Of a DNA stretch of 64,000 nt, positions 60,601-64,000 are shown one piece after another. This stretch comes from Bacteroidota bacterium. Lineage in GTDB: Bacteria > Bacteroidota > Ignavibacteria > UBA10030 > UBA8401. Position 1 is the first letter of the stretch. Every line of letters begins with the position of its first letter. Location: assembly GCA_027622375.1 (NCBI GenBank), contig JAQCAB010000001.1:115317-179316 (forward strand), read 5' to 3'. The position numbers were made by a program, and so were the translations under genes. Below the pieces are notes generated by a model that saw only the letters and a program-made list of their open reading frames with translations, did not search any database and was not told the origin of the DNA.

Positions 60601-63600
60601 TATAACTTTCTTTTGCTTTAAGTTTGTCATTTAAAATTTGGAAAGAAGCATTATCATCGGAACCTAATCCTGTTACAAGTGTGTATGTAAAAGATTGATT
60701 TGCATCTTCATCTGTTGTTGATAAAGTTCCGATTACTATATCATCTGGTTCATTTTCTGCAATTGATGAATCACTTATTGTTATCCAAGTTGGTGTGTCA
60801 TTTACATTATCAATTGTAATCGGGATTGCTCTATCAAAAGTTTTTCCCGGTGTGCCGTTATCTGTTGTGCGAATTCGAACAGTGTAACTACTTTTTACTT
60901 CAAAATTAAAAACTTCGTTTGTTTTAAGTTGATCACCTGCAATCGTAAATTTTGCATTATCATCAGCACCTGTCCCTGCAACAAAAGTGTAAGTATGTGT
61001 TTGCCCAACATCTGCATCGGTTGTTGATAATATTCCAACTTTCGTTCCAACAACTTCATTTTCTGCAACTGTTGAGTCATCTATCGCAATCCAAGTTGGA
61101 GCATCATTATCATTTTCAATTACAACTGTTATTGCTCTTTCAAAAAATTTTGCTGGTGTTCCAGAATCTGTTGTACGAACACGAATTGTATAATTTGATT
61201 TTACTTCGTAATCAAAAACAGCATTCGATTTTAACTGATCACCAGTTATTGTGAATGAAGAATTATTATCCGAGCCTGTGCCTGTTACAAAAGTATATGT
61301 GTAACTTTGACCAGCATCTTCATCTGTTGAACTCAATGTTCCGATTGTTGTGTTTGTCGGTAAATTTTCAAGTATTGTAGAATCATTAATTGCAATATTT
61401 GTTGGTGTGTCATTTGCATCCTTAATTGTAATTGGGATAATTCTTTGGAATGATAAAGCTCCCTGGTCTAAAGTTTGTACCCGAATTGTATAACTTGATT
61501 TTACTTCGTAATTGTAAATTGCATTTGATTTAAGCTTATCTCCAACAATTTGGAAAGATGCGTTATCGTTTGACCCAGCACCGGAAACTAATGAATAAGT
61601 AAAATTAACATCTCCATCAGGATCAGTTGAGCTGAGAGTTCCAATATCAGTTCCTGTTGCTAAATTTTCAAAAATTGTTGAGTCGCTGATTGCAACATAA
61701 GTGGGCGCATCATTTACAGAATTAATTGTAACATTAAAAGTTTTTTCAACTACATCGTCTCCACTATTTGCTGTTCCACCATCATCAGTAACTCTTACTG
61801 TAAGAACTATGGGGCTAATTCCTGAAGTATTTTTATTTGCAACTGGAGAAAATGTTAAAGTGCCAGTTGCATTCGGACTTGTGTACGAAGTGATAGTTGG
61901 AGTTGGTATTATTGTGGTTGTATTTGATGTAGCTGAAACAATTAAAAATTGCCCAACTTCATCTGAACCGCCACCAACACCAATGCCAGCTAAATTTACA
62001 GTTTGTGTTACAGCATCTTCATCAATTGTTATATCAACTGGTTTTGTTAAAGTTGGCTCATCATTTACTGCAGTAACAGTAATTGTAAAAGTTATTGGCG
62101 CATCAGAAGTTGAATTGTCACCACCATTTGCAGTCCCACCATTATCATCTAAATATGCAGTTATGGTTGCAGAGCCATTTTTATTTAAATCTGGTCTAAA
62201 AGTTAAATCGCCAGTTGCCGAAATTGCAGGTTGCTCAACAAACAATGCTGTATTGGTATTTGTGGAAATTACAAAATTTAGTGTTTGTAAATTTTCATTT
62301 GTTATACTTGAACTCGTTGGTCCCTTCTTTATATTTGTTGCCCAACTCGAAATTGTTTGAGTTGTAACATCTTCAAGAACTGTTTGGTTTGCACCTTTTG
62401 TAAAACTTGGTGAATCGTTTACTGGAGTTATTGTTACTTGAAATGTTTTTGAAATTGAACTATTTGTTGAACCACCATCACTAACTGTTACTGTAATTGT
62501 AATTGTCCCATTTTGATCTGCTTGCGGAGTTAAAGTTAAACTTCCTGTATTATTTGCACTTGTGTATATTACTGTTGGGTTTGGAATAACTGCTGCATCA
62601 CTTGACGTTGCAGTAACGGATAAAGTTTGTGTTTCGTTTGCTGCACCAGATCCAATTCCACTTAAATTTACAGTTATATTTCCACCTGCATCTTCCAAAA
62701 CCGCAGTCGGGTTTGAAATATCTGCAAGTGTCGGCTGATCATTTACAGAAGTTACAGTTACATTTATTGTAATAACTTTTGTGTCATCTCCACTATTTGC
62801 TGTTCCACCATTATCAGTGAGTGTAACAGTTAAAACAACTGGTGTGCCAGAAGTAAATTGATCTGCAGCCGGAGTAAAATTAATTGTTCCTGTCGGATTT
62901 GCACTTGCATAAGAAATTGTTGGTGTTGGAATTATATTTGTGTTGCTCGAAGTTATTGATAGAGCCAGGGTTTGACTATTTTCATCTGTTCCTCCTCCTG
63001 CACCAATTCCAGATAAAGAGATGGTTTGTGCCGATGCATCTTCATCAACAGAAATATCAGATACGGAATTTATTATTGGTTCATCATTTACGCCAGTAAC
63101 TGTTATTGTAAAACTTTTTGGATCGTCACTTGTATTATCTACACCACTATTTGCAGTTCCACCATCATCTTGTAAGTAAACCGTTACTGTTGCAACACCA
63201 ACTTTGTTTGTTGCAGTAGTATAAGTTAAAGTCCCACTTGCATCAATTACAGGTCCTGCAGAAAAAAGTGCAGTGTTAGTATTATTTTGAATTACAAAAG
63301 ATAGAATTTGAGATGCTTCATTAGTTCCTTTATTTAAATTTGTTGCCCAACTTACACTTTGCCCACCAGCATCTTCTAAGATAGTTTGGGCACCGCCAGC
63401 AGTATAACTTGGTATATCATTAACATTTGTAACTGTAACTGTAAATGTTTTTGTGATTGCATCATCGCCACTATTTGCAGTTCCACCATTATCTGTAACT
63501 GTAACAGAAATTGTAACAGTACCATATTGATTTGCATTTGGTGTATAAGCAAGTGAGCCAGTTGTTGCCGCGCTATTATATGTTACTGTTGGATCAGGTA

Positions 63601-64000
63601 TTATAGTAGTATTGCTTGATGTTGCAGTAACTGTTAATGCTTGATTTGTTTCCCATGCTAAATTAGATCCATTACTTTTTATTCCATTTAAGTTTACAGT
63701 TTGTTGTGCTGCATCTTCAAGAATTGTTAAGGTACTTAAATTATCAATAGTCGGTTCTTGGTTTACTTGTGCTATTGTAATTGTAAAAGTTTGATTTGCG
63801 CTTGAGTTATTTCCACTGTTTGCAGTTCCACCATCATCTTGAATTGAAAGTGTTACTGTTGCAGTACCAACTTGATTAGTTGCCGGAGTAAAAGCTAATA
63901 CTCCACTCGCGTTGACTGCAGGTTGAACTGAAAATAATGTGTTTGCATTATTTGTAACTGTAAAAGTTAAAGCTTGTGAATCTTCATCCGAACCACCCCC
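57632..64000 (-). CDS. Giant T9SS-secreted surface adhesin (>2100 aa; the N-terminus lies outside the window)
   Basis: The reading frame is continuous on the minus strand from 64000 to the stop at 57632. I checked by hand that it continues past the ORF-track TTG at 62698. From the N- toward the C-terminus it has the following parts. It starts with at least six ~115-aa VNDxPT-type repeats (SGIGxG...IPxPTIxY...NGxxxIxVxVxDxGGTxNxGD...VNDxPT). Four ~103-aa cadherin-like repeats follow (DNDAPT / ANDTPT linkers, TDxDxG). FN3-like W-containing domains come next. A dockerin-like double Ca-loop follows (DYTNDGRILTED ... DNDGLIDLED), then a cohesin-like beta domain. The tail is a T9SS C-terminal domain (QNYPNPFNPKTNIKYSL...MLFLK). 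Confidence 0.8.
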   Translation of the reverse strand, partial: GGGSDEDSQALTFTVTNNANTLFSVQPAVNASGVLAFTPATNQVGTATVTLSIQDDGGTANSGNNSSANQTFTITIAQVNQEPTIDNLSTLTILEDAAQQTVNLNGIKSNGSNLAWETNQALTVTATSSNTTIIPDPTVTYNSAATTGSLAYTPNANQYGTVTISVTVTDNGGTANSGDDAITKTFTVTVTNVNDIPSYTAGGAQTILEDAGGQSVSWATNLNKGTNEASQILSFVIQNNTNTALFSAGPVIDASGTLTYTTATNKVGVATVTVYLQDDGGTANSGVDNTSDDPKSFTITVTGVNDEPIINSVSDISVDEDASAQTISLSGIGAGGGTDENSQTLALSITSSNTNIIPTPTISYASANPTGTINFTPAADQFTSGTPVVLTVTLTDNGGTANSGDDTKVITINVTVTSVNDQPTLADISNPTAVLEDAGGNITVNLSGIGSGAANETQTLSVTATSSDAAVIPNPTVIYTSANNTGSLTLTPQADQNGTITITVTVSDGGSTNSSISKTFQVTITPVNDSPSFTKGANQTVLEDVTTQTISSWATNIKKGPTSSSITNENLQTLNFVISTNTNTALFVEQPAISATGDLTFRPDLNKNGSATITAYLDDNGGTANGGDNSTSDAPITFTITVTAVNDEPTLTKPVDITIDEDAVTQTVNLAGIGVGGGSDEVGQFLIVSATSNTTTIIPTPTITSYTSPNATGTLTFSPVANKNTSGISPIVLTVRVTDDGGTANSGDDVVEKTFNVTINSVNDAPTYVAISDSTIFENLATGTDIGTLSSTDPDGDVNFTYSLVSGAGSNDNASFQIVGDKLKSNAIYNYEVKSSYTIRVQTLDQGALSFQRIIPITIKDANDTPTNIAINDSTILENLPTNTTIGTLSSTDEDAGQSYTYTFVTGTGSDNNSSFTITGDQLKSNAVFDYEVKSNYTIRVRTTDSGTPAKFFERAITVVIENDNDAPTWIAIDDSTVAENEVVGTKVGILSTTDADVGQTHTYTFVAGTGADDNAKFTIAGDQLKTNEVFNFEVKSSYTVRIRTTDNGTPGKTFDRAIPITIDNVNDTPTWITISDSSIAENEPDDIVIGTLSTTDEDANQSFTYTLVTGLGSDDNASFQILNDKLKAKESYNYEAKNQYTIRIRTTDSGTPAKFFERAVTVLIEDVNEQPVLVYPESSSVRIAISNTLKWRKVLGAIDYRMEIYEQPHTATTIDTTLTPFFSGDITGGDTVKAITNFKNYKKYFWRVRSRDNRNNISFWSFVWNFRTLIGAPIHLSPTDKKLWVKVRDTLQWKDTAKVATRYDLQISQTSGFTTGVRDVADIDSSLKIHYYDSLTTNLTYYWKMRARNLTDTSLWSTAWEFRVVPRKPQVDSVVVAKNQFNFASDSLRILYYPNGDLGDTASLVLEYSLNNGSTWFATTNILVTKEKFAISSIPTLMGWLSKKDFSFIENDSVKLRVTLIGIGGTGNPTASSVFSLDNNPPAFSGITSAFAETTGNAITITWLKGTDKNSPLRYYIYYVQTDSTLIDYNSPRDSIIDDSPTTHTKTITGFQNYKKYFLALRARDRADNFDKNEILKRATPSKPVRLLSVTTPQKIVKDSVYIPFLVNAANDDTITFVGEFSKNDGVSWFSVAQLGGRATKVSNSNFNDSVLWRTKSDGEFIESQTTKFRLTAYGLAVNSQPLTTNKFTVDNTPPMIDSIKSVVNNTQNIAGSVTVSWTKSTDMSSPTSYQLYVTETSIYNSNTPTRVFPITKPTSDIDSMWIPKLKAMTKHYFTLWYRDSLGNLDSTKVAKAKQFTTGILTDYTNDGRILTEDLAIFSNAWKTGNKNVGDISPYRGTFPVISIDNDGLIDLEDLTLFVRIWNWAFINGKGGTVNSTIAKENNANISEKSIFAGETKSLNDGRTIAIPIFASGVKSFDAMSLTLNFNTNAVKVDSFVLNTNLKKYFGESIVAMFNSHSKYGLTTTAFANLGNKDLSPEASTELGNIYISILNNNFEGNLNGAFEIYSVSKNINQNGNLSVNYSAKPVLPKNFSLEQNYPNPFNPKTNIKYSLPIESKVKIEIYNLLGEKITELVNDVLPAGNHTISWNANQSSGMYFYRIEAEAIDKSKRFVQTKKMLFLK
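60460..61705 (-). repeat. Four tandem ~309-bp cadherin-like domain repeats inside the adhesin gene
   Basis: Four successive protein blocks share at least 50% identity (e.g. TNIAINDSTILENLPTNTTIGTLSSTDEDAGQSYTYTFVTGTGSDNNSSFTITGDQLKSNAVFDYEVKSNYTIRVRTTDSGTPAKFFERAITVVIENDNDAP against the next three copies). Confidence 0.7.
61702..64000 (-). repeat. At least six tandem ~345-bp VNDxPT-type (cadherin/Ig-like) repeats inside the adhesin gene, continuing beyond the window
   Basis: The recurring block is ...SGIG(S/A)G..(E/D)xxQTLxxxxTSSxxxxIPxPTIxYxSxNxTGxLxFxPxxxxxGxxxIxxTVxDxGGTANxGDxxxxxxFxxTVxxVNDxPT. Antisense shadow ORFs in the track reflect this periodicity. Confidence 0.65.

Noticed and set aside
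61701-62360. A 219-aa plus-strand ORF and other ~80-100-aa ORFs antisense to the adhesin gene (e.g. 58344..58589, 59559..59822, 60952..61254)
   Set aside because: These are antisense to a continuous >6-kb coding frame with clear domain repeats. Their periodic appearance simply mirrors the tandem repeats on the coding strand.
60460-64000. Regularly spaced ~300-345-bp repeats examined as a possible CRISPR array or other repeat-spacer structure
   Set aside because: The repeats are long, divergent, in a continuous reading frame, and translate into cadherin/Ig-like domains. They are protein-domain repeats, not direct repeats with spacers, and no cas genes are nearby.

Overview
This is a 64 kb window from a very AT-rich bacterial chromosome with almost no intergenic space. 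Gene content is core and housekeeping rather than accessory. I found no rRNA or tRNA genes, no CRISPR array, and no transposase, integrase or phage genes. Two proteins end in the NYPNPFNP-type type IX secretion (T9SS) C-terminal sorting domain. LPS-related genes are also present (a GT9 heptosyltransferase, kdsC, an LptE-like lipoprotein), which points to a diderm of the Bacteroidota/Ignavibacteriota (FCB) group. The main content is as follows. (i) A partial gap gene sits at the left edge, followed by an MFS transporter, a TrmH-family methyltransferase, pirin, and S10 and M28 peptidases. (ii) A GT9 heptosyltransferase, a degenerate GWxTD-like lipoprotein, a pyrimidine-nucleoside phosphorylase, MscS and pyrE follow. 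(iii) A tightly packed operon encodes a Cys/Met-family PLP enzyme, selU (tRNA 2-selenouridine synthase) and selD. (iv) A DUF1800/DUF1501 pair is present, and the DUF1501 protein carries both a Tat signal and a T9SS tail. (v) A DegT aminotransferase, kdsC, an outer-membrane protein with bactofilin-like repeats, pdxJ, etfAB, ahcY and metK follow. (vi) A complete minus-strand dcw cluster runs mraZ-rsmH-ftsL-ftsI(PASTA)-murE-murF-mraY-murD-ftsW-murG-[PH-domain-like membrane protein]-murC-murB-ftsQ-ftsA-ftsZ and ends in a clear rho-independent terminator. GTGGG direct repeats (MraZ-box-like) lie upstream of mraZ. (vii) miaB, a SPOR-domain protein, a sensor-less sigma-54 activator, an LptE-like lipoprotein, a processive GT2, rpsT, a truncated SRAP (YedK-family) pseudogene and a YceI-like protein follow. 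(viii) A giant T9SS-secreted adhesin longer than 2100 aa runs off the right edge of the window. It contains tandem cadherin-like and VNDxPT repeats, a dockerin-like module and a cohesin-like module. I found no obvious novel defense or mobile system. The items most worth follow-up are the PLP-enzyme/selU/selD operon, the PH-domain protein embedded in the dcw cluster, the Tat-plus-T9SS DUF1501 protein and the dockerin-bearing adhesin. All calls come from by-eye translation and motif recognition without database searches.
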